NCBI GenBank assembly: GCA_038231455.1
Contig: JBBRLI010000028.1
Location: forward strand, 1 to 39,472
Length of the DNA stretch: 39,472 nucleotides
From: Vulcanimicrobiales bacterium
GTDB taxonomy: Bacteria > Vulcanimicrobiota > Vulcanimicrobiia > Vulcanimicrobiales > Vulcanimicrobiaceae
Direction: 5' to 3'
In this document: positions 1-9,820 of the stretch, piece after piece
Numbering within the stretch: the first letter of the stretch is position 1
How the letters are laid out: every line of letters begins with the position of its first letter
Notes under the pieces: model-generated
Databases searched by the model: none
Told to the model about the DNA's origin: nothing
Seen by the model: the letters and a program-made list of their open reading frames with translations, nothing else
Position numbers and translations under genes: made by a program

Positions 1-92
1 CGATCCATTTCATCGAGAAAAGCTGCTCGTCGCGTCGTCTTCGCATATCGATCGAAGTTCACGTTCGCGAAGGACGTTTGCTCGTTTGCCAT
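1..92 (-). CDS. IS5-family transposase, N-terminal fragment (partial)
   Basis: Manual translation from ATG 92: MANEQTSFANVNFDRYAKTTRRAAFLDEMD, resembling the IS5-group N-terminus (QxSF...KxTRRxxFLxEMD). Not in the ORF track. Confidence 0.8.
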   Translation of the reverse strand, partial: MANEQTSFANVNFDRYAKTTRRAAFLDEMD

Positions 93-136
93 CGTATCCC
101 ATTATAGCAAAAAACGTCGATTAAATCAGACTTGCC
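1..136 (-). mobile_element. IS5-family (IS5 group) element, left end; runs off the window start
   Basis: Minus strand reads CTAG (137-140, typical IS5-group target) then GGCAAGTCTGATTTAA (IR-like end), a TATAAT at 106-101 and a transposase start at 92. Confidence 0.8.
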
Positions 137-708
137 CTAGAGATGAATTCCGGGCCGTTGTCGCACCGAATTTGGCGAGGAGTTCCGCGCTCGCTAACGA
201 TGCGCGTCAATGCCTGTGCAACATCAGACCCCTTGAAGCCACTTGCGACGTCGAGCGCAAGACACTCACGACTAAAGTTATCGACTATAGTCAACAGACG
301 GATCTTGCGGCCGTCAGCAAGGTTATCTGCCATAAAATCCATCGACCACGTGTGGTTCAGGACGTCGGCGATCGGTCGGACTGATCGAACAACAGCCGAC
401 TTGCGCCGTCGCGGCGGTTTAAGCTGCATGGATAGGCCTTCTTCGGCATAGATGCGATACACGCGCTTGCGATTCACAATCCAGCCTTCGCGCCGCAGCA
501 AGATGTGAATTCTTGGATATCCATAGCGGACGCGGGTCGCCGCGATGTCGTTAATTCGGGCCCGCAGCGCGGGCACGTCGGTCTTCACCGATTTGTAGCG
601 CACACTTTTTCGATTGACGACCAGCACCCGACACGCGCGTCGTTCGCTGATCTTAAATGCCGCGAGCAAGAACGGTAACGCAACGCGCCGGCGCATCGGC
701 GCTACCAT
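121..708 (-). pseudogene. IS3-family transposase OrfB (integrase core), truncated
   Basis: Contains RYGYPRI, WSMDF, LTIVDNFSRE and IRCDNGPEF, then stops within the IS5 end. The third catalytic residue (E of DDE) is missing from this window. Confidence 0.88.
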
Positions 709-714
709 TTTTTT
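685..714 (-). other. -1 programmed frameshift signal of the left IS3
   Basis: A AAA AAA (714-708), followed 5 nt later by a GCGCCG-N6-CGGCGC hairpin (702-685). Confidence 0.75.
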
Positions 715-968
715 GAGATCACCTCTTGCAACATCGTCTTGTCAAGGCTAAGGTCGGCTACGAGTCTCTTGAGCTTCAAGTTCTCTTCGCGCAGTTGCCG
801 CAGCTCACGAATTTCCGCGGTACCCATCGAGCCAAACTTCTTCTTCCAGGCGTAGAACGTTGCTTCCGAAACGCCGAGCTTGCGGACGATTTCGGCGACC
901 GGCGTACCGGCTTCGGACTGCCGCAGACAGTGCGCGATCTGTTCATCGGAGAAGCGTGATTTCTTCAT
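702..968 (-). CDS. IS3-family transposase OrfA (HTH)
   Basis: 88 aa, MKKSRFSDEQI...GVSEATFYAWKKK...LREENLKLKRLVADLSLD. Ends in an A7 run overlapping the orfB start. Confidence 0.93.
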   Translation of the reverse strand: MKKSRFSDEQIAHCLRQSEAGTPVAEIVRKLGVSEATFYAWKKKFGSMGTAEIRELRQLREENLKLKRLVADLSLDKTMLQEVISKKW

Positions 969-1093
969 GGCGATCCCCTTTTAAAGGCAGAGATTCGCCG
1001 GAAAATCCTAGTTTACATTGGACTCAGAAAGCGGTTTACCGTCACCATCGACGCCCTTTCCCTCTTTAAATGTTGAATGCGTGATGAGAGACT

Positions 1094-1711
1094 TCATCGC
1101 ACAAGTAGATCTCGCGCTTCTATGTGGCCACGGCGTGAAGCCAACCTCAGCCAGCGATCGGCTCTGCCTCCATTCTTTCTTACTCCGTCCCCATTCAAAT
1201 AGCAAAGGCCGAGGTTATATTGAGCGCTCGTGATACCAGCTTCCGCCGCCACAGTGTACCAGTAGACCGAAAGGGCACGGTCAATATGCGTGCCGTGACC
1301 TTCGTGATAGCAATAGCCTAAATCAAGTGCCGCTTCGTCGCTGCCATTGCATGCTGCTTCATAGAAATGGTTAAACGCCGCAACTGCGTTTTTTCGAACC
1401 CCATGACCATCTCGATAGCACATTCCGATATTGTATTGGGCCATCGAATGGCCGGCAGCAGCAGCGATACGATACCATTTTACTGCCTTCTTCGGCTCGC
1501 GTGGACGTCCGCGCCCCCAATCGTAGCAAGTCGCCAAATAGAATGATGCTCGAATGTGCCCCGCACCGGCGGCGCGCTCCCACCAATTTGCTGCGCCGAC
1601 CCAATTCGATCGCACTCGTGCACGGCTGAATGCGAAACGATATCCAAGCCGAAATTGTGCATCGCTATCACCCAACTTAGCAAGCTTCTGCAGAAATGCG
1701 GTCGTCTCCAT
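1094..1711 (-). CDS. Sel1-like repeat protein
   Basis: 205 aa with about five repeats of the AQYNLGxCYxxGxGVxKxxxxAxxWYxxAA type. Confidence 0.9.
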   Translation of the reverse strand: METTAFLQKLAKLGDSDAQFRLGYRFAFSRARVRSNWVGAANWWERAAGAGHIRASFYLATCYDWGRGRPREPKKAVKWYRIAAAAGHSMAQYNIGMCYRDGHGVRKNAVAAFNHFYEAACNGSDEAALDLGYCYHEGHGTHIDRALSVYWYTVAAEAGITSAQYNLGLCYLNGDGVRKNGGRADRWLRLASRRGHIEARDLLVR

Positions 1712-1829
1712 CTCCTCGTATTTTCTAGTAGCTTTCGTGCAAATGTTAGATAAGCGGATTCTCTTTTATCCGTCCCTTTGGATGAACTTTTCCCATCATT
1801 CAAATCGATCGCGATCTATTCCACGCGAC

Positions 1830-4112
1830 TCATCGGTCCGAACACCGCAGCGCCGTCGAAAATCCATTCGTTTTGATCTCGAGTTTGATCGCACCGCACA
1901 TGTCGGTTCGGAAGACGCGCGTGTTTGTGCGTGAAAGACTCGCAAGCGTCGATTTTGCCGGATGACCGAAGAGATTGTGACGGCCCACGCTGATGAATGC
2001 GAATTTCGGATCGACAACGCTCAGGAATGCTGAGCTCGAGGCATAGGCAGAGCCATGATGTCCAACTTTGAGAACGTCTGCCTCAATGTCAGCATATTGC
2101 GCGACGAGTCTGCTTTCCGTTGGTTCACCGGCATCTCCCATGAACAGAAGGCGCGTTCTGCCGACATCGACGCGTGCAACGATCGAATTCTCATTCACAT
2201 CGTTTTTCCCCCCGGTCGCAAGCGTACACGGAGATAGAATCGCAACGTGAATCTCGTCGAGGGAAAGGCGATCGCCGCACCGCGCGATAACGATCGGAAC
2301 GTGTTTGCGTCGCGACTCCGAAACGCCGTCATTGTAAGCGCGCCCACCGTAGACTTGCCCGCTATCGAGAATCAACCCCACGGATAGCGTGCGCAGAATC
2401 GGTGCGAGGCCGCCTGCATGATCGCCGTGCGGATGCGTGAGGATGATCGCATCGAGTCGCGTTACGCCGAGGCGCAGGAGCGTCGGGACGACGATCCGTT
2501 CGCCGACGGCTTCGGCGGGTGAATTGCCATCCTCTGTGAGCCCACGCTCGAGGCGGCCACCGGTGTCGATGAGGATCGCGCGGCCGCTTGCGCTTTGCAC
2601 GAGGATCGCATCGCCTTGACCGACGTCGAGCATGGTGATCCGGGCCGATTGTTGCGGGAGTGTGCGTGGAGCGAAGATCACGCACACCATTCCGCATGCG
2701 ATTGCGATTGCGGCGCTACGTGGACACTTGTGCCAGAGAAGAAACGCTGCCAGTCCTACGAGTGCGAAGTCAGCAATTACAGCCGGCCACGGTGGCGGTG
2801 TAATGACGACGCGGGAACCTGGCAGTGCGGCGACGTGCGTTACGATCGCCACGATCGCACCGACGATCTGCGATTCGACCGGGGCGATTCCCTGTGCAAG
2901 CGGCTGGATTGGCGCGGCGAGGAGCACGCACCAACCACCGACCATCGCGATGCCGGTAAGCGGAACGACGAGGGCGTTCGCGAGCACGGCATAGGGAGCC
3001 AGTGTGAAGAAGGTAGCAAGCGTAAGCGGCAAGACGCCGATTTGCGTTGCGATCGTCAACGCGAGTGCTTCGGCGATCGGCCCGGGAACGAAAGGCGTGC
3101 GCGCGATCCCGTGCGAGATGTGTTCGGCGAAGAGGACGATCGCCGTGACGCACGAGAGCGAAAGCAGAAACGACGTGCTCCCGATATCGGGCGTTAGGAG
3201 AACCGCGATGACGATTGCGGCCGCTGCGATCGCGTTCCCCGTTGCAGCGCGTGCGCCGATGGCACGTCCCAGTAAGACGACCGAGATCATTGTTGCGGCA
3301 CGGATCGAAGGGAGATGGTCGCCTGAGAATGCGGCGTACGCCCACACGATTGCGACCGCAAGTAGACTGGTCGTAGCGCGCGGCACGCGCAGGAGACGGA
3401 GCGCGGCAAGGACGGTCGCCGCAACGATCCCTAAGTGCAAACCTGCGGTGACGAGGATGTGAACCGTTCCAGTTGCTTGAAAATCGTCGTGTAGATCGTG
3501 CGGAATCGTGCCTCGTTCGCCGTAGAGTGCGCCGGCGAGAATCGACGCGTTCGGCTCGGTGATTGCTTTGCGAAGATACGATGATGCCGCGGCTCGGAGG
3601 CGTGCCAGCACGAGCGGTACGCTCCACGGCGCGAAGCCGTCGCGCGCGACGAGACGCGCAACTTGAAGTTCGCCCGCATAGCCGCGGGCAGCCTCAAATG
3701 CACGCTGATCGATCTCGCCGGGATTGCGCGGGAGATCGAACGGCGCGAGTCGGCCGCCAAGCTCAAGGCGTTCGCCGATGGCGATCCGCTCGCGGAGGGT
3801 TGCGCGAACTGTCGTCCCGTCGGCAAGTGTTAAGGGAAACGTACAGACGTTTGGTGTGCAGCGGACGTCGCCACTTACATTACCGGAGTAGACGCCTATA
3901 CGGCTTTCGTGGTCGATGCTTCTTGGATGTCCGTGCAATGCGCCGAGCACGATTCCGGCCGCGAGCGCAATTGCAGCGCTGCTCAGCCGTTGTCGATGCA
4001 GAAGCCCGAGCGCGCTCGCAACGATCAGCGCGGCGAGAGCGACACCAGCGCGTTCACCGAGCACGCCTGCGACAAGCGCAAGCGCCGGGAGCACGAGCGG
4101 AAAGCGCGCCAT
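1830..4112 (-). CDS. comEC: DNA internalization competence protein ComEC/Rec2
   Basis: 760 aa: PRNPGE motif, competence domain (TGTVHILVTAGLH, PSIRAATM), metallo-beta-lactamase domain (LDVGQGD, THPHGDH, KVGHHGS). Confidence 0.95.
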   Translation of the reverse strand: MARFPLVLPALALVAGVLGERAGVALAALIVASALGLLHRQRLSSAAIALAAGIVLGALHGHPRSIDHESRIGVYSGNVSGDVRCTPNVCTFPLTLADGTTVRATLRERIAIGERLELGGRLAPFDLPRNPGEIDQRAFEAARGYAGELQVARLVARDGFAPWSVPLVLARLRAAASSYLRKAITEPNASILAGALYGERGTIPHDLHDDFQATGTVHILVTAGLHLGIVAATVLAALRLLRVPRATTSLLAVAIVWAYAAFSGDHLPSIRAATMISVVLLGRAIGARAATGNAIAAAAIVIAVLLTPDIGSTSFLLSLSCVTAIVLFAEHISHGIARTPFVPGPIAEALALTIATQIGVLPLTLATFFTLAPYAVLANALVVPLTGIAMVGGWCVLLAAPIQPLAQGIAPVESQIVGAIVAIVTHVAALPGSRVVITPPPWPAVIADFALVGLAAFLLWHKCPRSAAIAIACGMVCVIFAPRTLPQQSARITMLDVGQGDAILVQSASGRAILIDTGGRLERGLTEDGNSPAEAVGERIVVPTLLRLGVTRLDAIILTHPHGDHAGGLAPILRTLSVGLILDSGQVYGGRAYNDGVSESRRKHVPIVIARCGDRLSLDEIHVAILSPCTLATGGKNDVNENSIVARVDVGRTRLLFMGDAGEPTESRLVAQYADIEADVLKVGHHGSAYASSSAFLSVVDPKFAFISVGRHNLFGHPAKSTLASLSRTNTRVFRTDMCGAIKLEIKTNGFSTALRCSDR

Positions 4113-4173
4113 ACCCGTCTATCCCGCCGAGTCGCGCGATCGCAAGGCCCAAAAAAGTGAGCGCGGTCCTCTG

Positions 4174-5424
4174 CTATGTCGTGATGCGCTCTGCAATCGA
4201 TGCGAAGGCGTCTCGAAACGCTTCGGCCGACAATGTCGTATGCGCGGCGAGTCGCGAGAGTTTGGGTTCCACAAAGTCGCTGGGCTCTAAACGAATCATA
4301 TACGTACGCGCGACCTCGTAGCCTTCGGTCGTCACATCGACGCTTCGGATCCGCACGCGGCCCGTCTCGGGATCGCGCAGATCGGCGAGATTGACCGGCG
4401 TCACACGCCCGCCCGTGAGCGCGATGAGCGCACCGCTATCCCCGCGCAGCAAGTAACGCACCGCGCCGTAGCCGAGCGTTCGCGCGTATTCCACATCGAA
4501 CGGCACCGGTTTTGCGCAGCGCAGTTCGTACCCGATATCTTTGTTGACAACCGAAGTGTCGAGGCCAATTTCTTCGAGTCGCGTGCGGACCGCGTCGCGC
4601 AAAATGGCGCCAAGCGGTACGTCGGCGAGACGGACGTGACCGTAGGCATCGCGCGGGACGTTTTCCATCAGCGCGAAGTCTTCGTGATCGAGAATTTCGG
4701 CGATCCCCTCGGCGATGACCGCTACACCGTGATCGGCGCCTGAGGCGCGCCGCTTGACGATCGCGCCGACGATCGTATCTACGACATTCTTTAGGCGCGT
4801 TGTTTTGCCAAATTCTTCCGGAATGACGGCGAGCGTGGCGCCGGCCGCCTTGCACATCCCAAGCGCTAGCGCGCCGGATTTGCGGCCCATGCTTACGCAG
4901 AGATACCAGCGCGCAGTCGTGCGCGCATCCTCCATCAAACTCTCGACGATCCCGGTTCCGACGGCGCGCGCCGTTTCGAAGCCGAAGGTCGGAGCGTTTT
5001 CCGGCAGCGGCAAATCGTTGTCGATCGTTTTCGGTACGGTCGCAACGCCGATGCGGCCGCGCGTGAGTTCGGCGATGCGTGAGGCGCCGTAGGTGGTGTC
5101 ATCGCCGCCGATGCACACAAGATACCGCACGCCGAGAAGCGTGAGCGTGTGAATGCAGCGTTGCAGCGTTTCCTCATCGCGCGCCGGATTCGTGCGCGAC
5201 GTCCGCAAGATCGAACCGCCGGTGAAATGGATGCGTGAGACGTTCTCGATCGTGAGCTCTTCGATGTGCGATGTATCACCACGCGCGATGTGTCGATAGC
5301 CGTCGTAGAGGCCGATCACGCGCATCCCGTTATTGATGGCCTCGATCGTCGCCGAGGCGATTACCCCATTGATGCCGGGCGCCGGGCCACCGCCGACGAG
5401 GATTGCAAGCGTGTCACCATTCAT
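4174..5424 (-). CDS. pfp: Pyrophosphate-dependent 6-phosphofructokinase
   Basis: Start at ATG 5424 (MNGDTLAILVGGGPAPGIN), 416 aa. GGDD (PPi-type), PKTIDND and MGRKSG motifs. Confidence 0.88.
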   Translation of the reverse strand: MNGDTLAILVGGGPAPGINGVIASATIEAINNGMRVIGLYDGYRHIARGDTSHIEELTIENVSRIHFTGGSILRTSRTNPARDEETLQRCIHTLTLLGVRYLVCIGGDDTTYGASRIAELTRGRIGVATVPKTIDNDLPLPENAPTFGFETARAVGTGIVESLMEDARTTARWYLCVSMGRKSGALALGMCKAAGATLAVIPEEFGKTTRLKNVVDTIVGAIVKRRASGADHGVAVIAEGIAEILDHEDFALMENVPRDAYGHVRLADVPLGAILRDAVRTRLEEIGLDTSVVNKDIGYELRCAKPVPFDVEYARTLGYGAVRYLLRGDSGALIALTGGRVTPVNLADLRDPETGRVRIRSVDVTTEGYEVARTYMIRLEPSDFVEPKLSRLAAHTTLSAEAFRDAFASIAERITT

Positions 5425-5547
5425 GCTCGCGCCGTTCGCCTCCGGGCCACGCGATTCCAGTGTGATCTGCATAAAGCAAGCGGCCCACCCCAGGGTGCGC
5501 ATCGCTCGTTCCAGAACGAGGTCTTCCCCCATACGAGAGGTCATCGG

Positions 5548-6486
5548 TTGAGAATCGTGGTTACCGGCGGCGCCGGATTTATCGGATCGCATATCGTCGA
5601 TCAGTTCATTGGAGCGGGGCACGACGTGCTCGTGCTCGATAGCCTTTGGTCGCACGGCGGCGGTCGCCGCGAGAACGTACCGGAGAAGGCAAGCTTCGTG
5701 CATATGGATATCCGCGACGAAGGCATACAGCGCGTCTTTTCGGAGTTCAAACCCGAAGTCGTGTGCCACCATGCCGCGCAGCATAGCGTCGCAATCGGTA
5801 GCCGCGATCCGCAGTACGACGCCAACGTTAATGTCGTCGGTTTGCTTAACGTGCTCGAGGCCGCTGTCAAAGCGGGCACGCGCAAGTTTACGTTTGCGAG
5901 TTCGGGCGCCACGTTCGGCACCCCCGAGAAGTTGCCGATCGATGAGAAAACGCCGCAACGCCCCGAATCGCCATACGGCATCACCAAAATGGTCGCCGAA
6001 CACTACCTACGCTTCTTCAAGGCGGAACACGGGCTCGATTACACGGCGCTCCGATACGGCAACGTCTATGGCCCGCGTCAAGATCCCAACGGTGAAGCGG
6101 GTGTGATCGCGATATTCATTGGGAAATTCTTGACCAAGCAAGGCATTCGCATCGATTGGGACGGCGAACAGACGCGCGACTATATTTATGTCGGCGACGT
6201 CGCGGCGGCGAACCTCGCTGCACTGGACCACGGATCGGGCGAATGCTACGTGATCGGAACCGGCAAGAAGACCAGTGTCAATGACGTGTATAAGGCGCTG
6301 GTGGAGGTGACCGGCTTCGAGGCGCCGATCACGCACGCGGAAAAGCGCTCGGGCGATGTGCGCGACGCGCAGTTCGATCCCAAGCGCGCGATCGCCGAAC
6401 TCAAATGGAAACCGAAGGTCGCACTCGTTGATGGAATGCGAAAAACGGTCGACTACTTCCGCGAACGTGAAAAGGCGCCGGCGTAA
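5548..6486 (+). CDS. NAD-dependent epimerase/dehydratase (UDP-glucose 4-epimerase-like)
   Basis: TTG start after GAGAGG SD, 312 aa. TGGAGFIG, YGITK (YxxxK), RYGNVYGPRQDP. Confidence 0.9.
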   Translation: MRIVVTGGAGFIGSHIVDQFIGAGHDVLVLDSLWSHGGGRRENVPEKASFVHMDIRDEGIQRVFSEFKPEVVCHHAAQHSVAIGSRDPQYDANVNVVGLLNVLEAAVKAGTRKFTFASSGATFGTPEKLPIDEKTPQRPESPYGITKMVAEHYLRFFKAEHGLDYTALRYGNVYGPRQDPNGEAGVIAIFIGKFLTKQGIRIDWDGEQTRDYIYVGDVAAANLAALDHGSGECYVIGTGKKTSVNDVYKALVEVTGFEAPITHAEKRSGDVRDAQFDPKRAIAELKWKPKVALVDGMRKTVDYFREREKAPA

Positions 6487-6503
6487 GCCGGCGTCTTCGT
6501 TTT
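6472..6503. terminator. Hairpin between the convergent epimerase gene and leuS
   Basis: AAGGCGCCGGC-GTAA-GCCGGCGTCTT followed by CGTTTT. The epimerase stop codon lies in the loop. Confidence 0.65.
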
Positions 6504-8997
6504 AAACGACCAGGTTGAGCAGTTTGTCTTTGACGTAGATCCGCTTGCGGATCGGCTGGTCGCCGACGATCGCCTTGACGTTTGCATCGCTCATCGCAAG
6601 CGCAAATGCCGTCTCCTCATCGATTCCGGGCGGCGTCGCGACGCGGCCGCGGACTTTGCCGTTGACTTGCACGACAAATTCGATTGTCTGCACGGCAAGG
6701 GCGCTAGGATCGGCGTCGATCCAGCGCTCGAGATGCACCGAAGTTGTGTGACCGAGTGCTCGCCACAGTTCTTCAGCCAGATGCGGGGCGAACGGAGCAA
6801 GAACGATGGGCATGACGTGCACGGTGTAAAGCACGGCCGGATCGCTCACCATTGCGGGATCGCGCACGGCGGGGGTGAGCGCGTTGATCAGCTCGTCAAG
6901 TCGCGCGGTCGTCGCGTTGTAATGCAGGCGCCGCGTTTCAGTCTCCGATGCGCCCGACTGGAGCGCAATGTGGACGGCGCGAACGAGATTGCGCTGTGCG
7001 TCGCCGCGAATCTCGGGTAGCGACGTATATGAAACGGCGGCGGCCGCATCGCAAAGCGGCGCGCACGCGCGCCACACCTTCGAGATAAAGCGCGTTCGTC
7101 CGACGATACCTTCGTCGGTCCACTCGAGTGAGTCTTCGGGCGGCGCTGCTTTGAGCAGGAACAAGCGCATTGCATCGACGCCGTACTTCTCGACCGTTTC
7201 ATTGATGCCAACGACGTTGCCGCGACTCTTGCTCATCTTCTCGCCGTTGCGCAGCAGCGTGCCTTGATTGAAGAGCCGGGTAAAGGGCTCATCGCCTTTG
7301 CTGCCGTCCACCCAGCCGCGGTCGACCATAAACATGTAAAAGAAGCGCGCGTAGAGCAGATGCAGCACGGCGTGTTCGGCGCCGCCGATATACTGGTCGA
7401 CCGGCATCCATGCATCGGCCTTCTCTTTTGAAAACGGCGCGGATGCGTTCTGCGAATCGAGATATCGCACGTAGTACCACGATGAATCGACGAACGTATC
7501 CATCGTGTCGCTCTCGCGTTTTGCCGGACCGCCGCATTTCGGACAGGTCACATTAAGGAACGCCTCGTCGCGCGCGAGCGGCGAACCTTGACCCGTGATC
7601 GGAACGTTCGGCGGCAGAATCACCGGCAGTTGATCGTCCGGCACGGCGACCTCGCCGTCGGTCGGACAATAGATGATCGGGATCGGCGTGCCCCAGTAGC
7701 GCTGACGCGAGACGAGCCAATCGCGGAAGCGATAGTTGACGGTCTTACGGCCAAGGCCGCTCGCGGCGAGTTTCTCCGTGATCGCATCGCGCGCGCGCGC
7801 CGAGGTCATTCCGTTATAGTCACCCGAGGCGAGCAAAAAGCCGTCCTCGGTGAACGCGGCTTCGAGCGGCCGATCGGGCACGGCTTTATGTTCGGCAATC
7901 ACTTGCGAGATCGGCAGATGATGCTTCTTGGCAAAATCGAAATCGCGTTCGTCGTGCCCGGGCACGCCCATCACTGCCCCCGTGCCGTAATCGGCGAGGA
8001 CGTAGTTGGTCACCCAGATCGGAATGCGTTCGCGCGAGAGCGGATTGATCGCGTACGCGCCGGTGAACACGCCGGTCTTTTCCATCAAACTCGTACGTTC
8101 GAGTTCGCTCTTCGAACGAAGTGTCGCCGAAAACGTCTCGATGGTCGCGCGCTCGGCCGGATGCGCGGCGAGAATCTTCGCAACCGCCGGATGCTCGGCG
8201 GCAAGCGCGATGAACGTCACGCCGTACACCGTATCGACGCGCGTGGTGTAGACTTCGAGCGTCGCATCGACGTCGTCAACGGCGAATGCAAACGTCGTGC
8301 CTTCGCTGCGGCCGATCCAGTTGCGCTGCATCGCGCGGATGCGATCGGGCCAGCCCTCGAGCTTTTCGATTCCCGCCAGCAGGCGGTCCGCATAGTCGGT
8401 GATTTTGAAAAACCACTGCGAGAGATTGCGGCGCTCGACGACGCTATTGCAACGCCAGCAGCGGCCATCTTCGACTTGCTCGTTGGCGAGCACCGTCATA
8501 TCGGTCGGGCACCAGTTCACCGGCGCTTCGCGCTTGTACGCAAGTCCCGATTCGTACATGCGCAAGAAGAACCACTGGTTCCACTTGTAGTACGTTGCAT
8601 CGCACGTTGCAAATTCACGCGACCAATCGTACCCCGCACCCATCAGTCGGATTTGGCGACGCATGTTCGCGATATTCGATCGCGTCCACGTCTCGGGCGG
8701 GATGTTGCGCTGAATCGCCGCGTTCTCGGCGGGCAAGCCGAAGGCGTCCCAGCCCATCGGATGCATGACGTTGTAGCCGCGCATGCGCATCATGCGCGTG
8801 AGCACGTCGCCTAAGGTGTAGTTCTTTGCGTGGCCGACGTGCAGATCGCCCGAAGGGTACGGCAGCATCTCGAGGACGTAGTATTTCGGGCGCGGGTCAT
8901 CGTCCGGCGCCCGATAGAGGCCTTCGGCCTCCCATTTCTCTTGCCAGTGTTTTTCGATGGATTGGTATTCGTAGATGGCGTGTCGGTCCTCGAGCAT
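6502..8997 (-). CDS. leuS: Leucine--tRNA ligase
   Basis: 831 aa from ATG 8997. MLPYPSGDLHVGH (HIGH), GWDAFGLPAEN, YGTGAVM editing domain, KMSKS. Confidence 0.98.
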   Translation of the reverse strand: MLEDRHAIYEYQSIEKHWQEKWEAEGLYRAPDDDPRPKYYVLEMLPYPSGDLHVGHAKNYTLGDVLTRMMRMRGYNVMHPMGWDAFGLPAENAAIQRNIPPETWTRSNIANMRRQIRLMGAGYDWSREFATCDATYYKWNQWFFLRMYESGLAYKREAPVNWCPTDMTVLANEQVEDGRCWRCNSVVERRNLSQWFFKITDYADRLLAGIEKLEGWPDRIRAMQRNWIGRSEGTTFAFAVDDVDATLEVYTTRVDTVYGVTFIALAAEHPAVAKILAAHPAERATIETFSATLRSKSELERTSLMEKTGVFTGAYAINPLSRERIPIWVTNYVLADYGTGAVMGVPGHDERDFDFAKKHHLPISQVIAEHKAVPDRPLEAAFTEDGFLLASGDYNGMTSARARDAITEKLAASGLGRKTVNYRFRDWLVSRQRYWGTPIPIIYCPTDGEVAVPDDQLPVILPPNVPITGQGSPLARDEAFLNVTCPKCGGPAKRESDTMDTFVDSSWYYVRYLDSQNASAPFSKEKADAWMPVDQYIGGAEHAVLHLLYARFFYMFMVDRGWVDGSKGDEPFTRLFNQGTLLRNGEKMSKSRGNVVGINETVEKYGVDAMRLFLLKAAPPEDSLEWTDEGIVGRTRFISKVWRACAPLCDAAAAVSYTSLPEIRGDAQRNLVRAVHIALQSGASETETRRLHYNATTARLDELINALTPAVRDPAMVSDPAVLYTVHVMPIVLAPFAPHLAEELWRALGHTTSVHLERWIDADPSALAVQTIEFVVQVNGKVRGRVATPPGIDEETAFALAMSDANVKAIVGDQPIRKRIYVKDKLLNLVV

Positions 8998-9138
8998 CGG
9001 CCTACGGTTCGCTCCGATTTCCGCTGTGCCTCGCTTGCCCCGGGCAATCGGCGCATTTGGCCTGCTGAGCGCCCGATCCGGGTCGCAGATTGACCGGTAC
9101 AAGCTTTCCTTTTGCCGCTTGCGCGTGATTGGGCTCGT

Positions 9139-9768
9139 GTGAAAACCATCGGTCTGATCGTCGCGCTGATCGCCGCAATTGCAGCGCTTATCTTCCGGCC
9201 GCGTGCGCCTGAAGCAACGTTTGTTGCGGCCGCGCCGTCAATGCAACATCGCGGGCACGTCCGGAGCCCTCACAGCCCGGTTCCGCTTGATGTCTACGTT
9301 GCGGGGGCTGTGGCCAAGCCGGGCGTCTACGCGATCGCCGCAAACGCGCGCGTCATCGATGCGTTGCGACTCGCCGGCGGACCGCGCAGCGATGCCGATT
9401 TTGATTCGATCAATCTTGCCGCACACGTCTCCGATGGGGAGAAAATCGCCGTCGAAACGCGCGAACAACGCCTGGCGCGCGAAGCCAAGGCGGCACCGCG
9501 GGCGCGCAAGACCGCGCTGCCAAAAGTATCGCGCACGACCCGCGCGTCGTCAAAACACTTCCTGCCGATGACGGGGTCCATCGACCTCAATGCCGCAAGC
9601 GTTGACGAACTCGCGGCGCTGCCAGGCGTCGGCTCGGCGCTAGCGCGCCGTATCGCGGACTTTCGCGATCTCAACGGGCCGTTCGATTCGATCGACGATC
9701 TCGCCGATATCGACGGCATCACCACGCGCACGATCGATTCGATCGCGCCGTATGTCGTCGTGCGATAA
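9139..9768 (+). CDS. comEA: Competence protein ComEA (TM anchor, SLBB, HhH)
   Basis: N-terminal TM, VYVAGAVAKPGVY...RVIDAL, INLA...DGEKI, C-terminal DLNAASVDELAALPGVG helix-hairpin-helix. GTG 9139 preferred over TTG 9112. Confidence 0.9.
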   Translation: MKTIGLIVALIAAIAALIFRPRAPEATFVAAAPSMQHRGHVRSPHSPVPLDVYVAGAVAKPGVYAIAANARVIDALRLAGGPRSDADFDSINLAAHVSDGEKIAVETREQRLAREAKAAPRARKTALPKVSRTTRASSKHFLPMTGSIDLNAASVDELAALPGVGSALARRIADFRDLNGPFDSIDDLADIDGITTRTIDSIAPYVVVR

Positions 9769-9798
9769 AAGAAAACGAACGGCATTGCTGCCGTCCGT
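9767..9798 (-). terminator. Rho-independent terminator of the minus-strand operon
   Basis: Minus strand ACGGACGGCA-GCAA-TGCCGTTCGT followed by TTTCTTTT. Confidence 0.75.
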
Positions 9799-9820
9799 CT
9801 CATCAGGTCTTGGTGGCTGA

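Larger units (their letters stand above)
137..1044 (-). mobile_element. IS3-family element (IS407-like), interrupted by IS5
   Basis: orfA/orfB pair in -1 relation. Probable left end TGACGGTAAACC... at 1044. orfB is cut at CTAG 137-140. Confidence 0.85.

Noticed and set aside
5425-6003. 609-aa ORF suggesting an N-terminal fusion to Pfp
   Set aside because: The extension is the antisense shadow of the epimerase gene; the PFK fold starts at 5424.
7588-8814. Long antisense ORFs opposite leuS (and similarly gyrA, clpB, selB)
   Set aside because: Expected shadows of high-GC codon usage; no recognisable motifs.
8998-9138. T-box leader for leuS
   Set aside because: The region is only about 140 nt, with no GGTGGxACCGCG T-box motif and no terminator.
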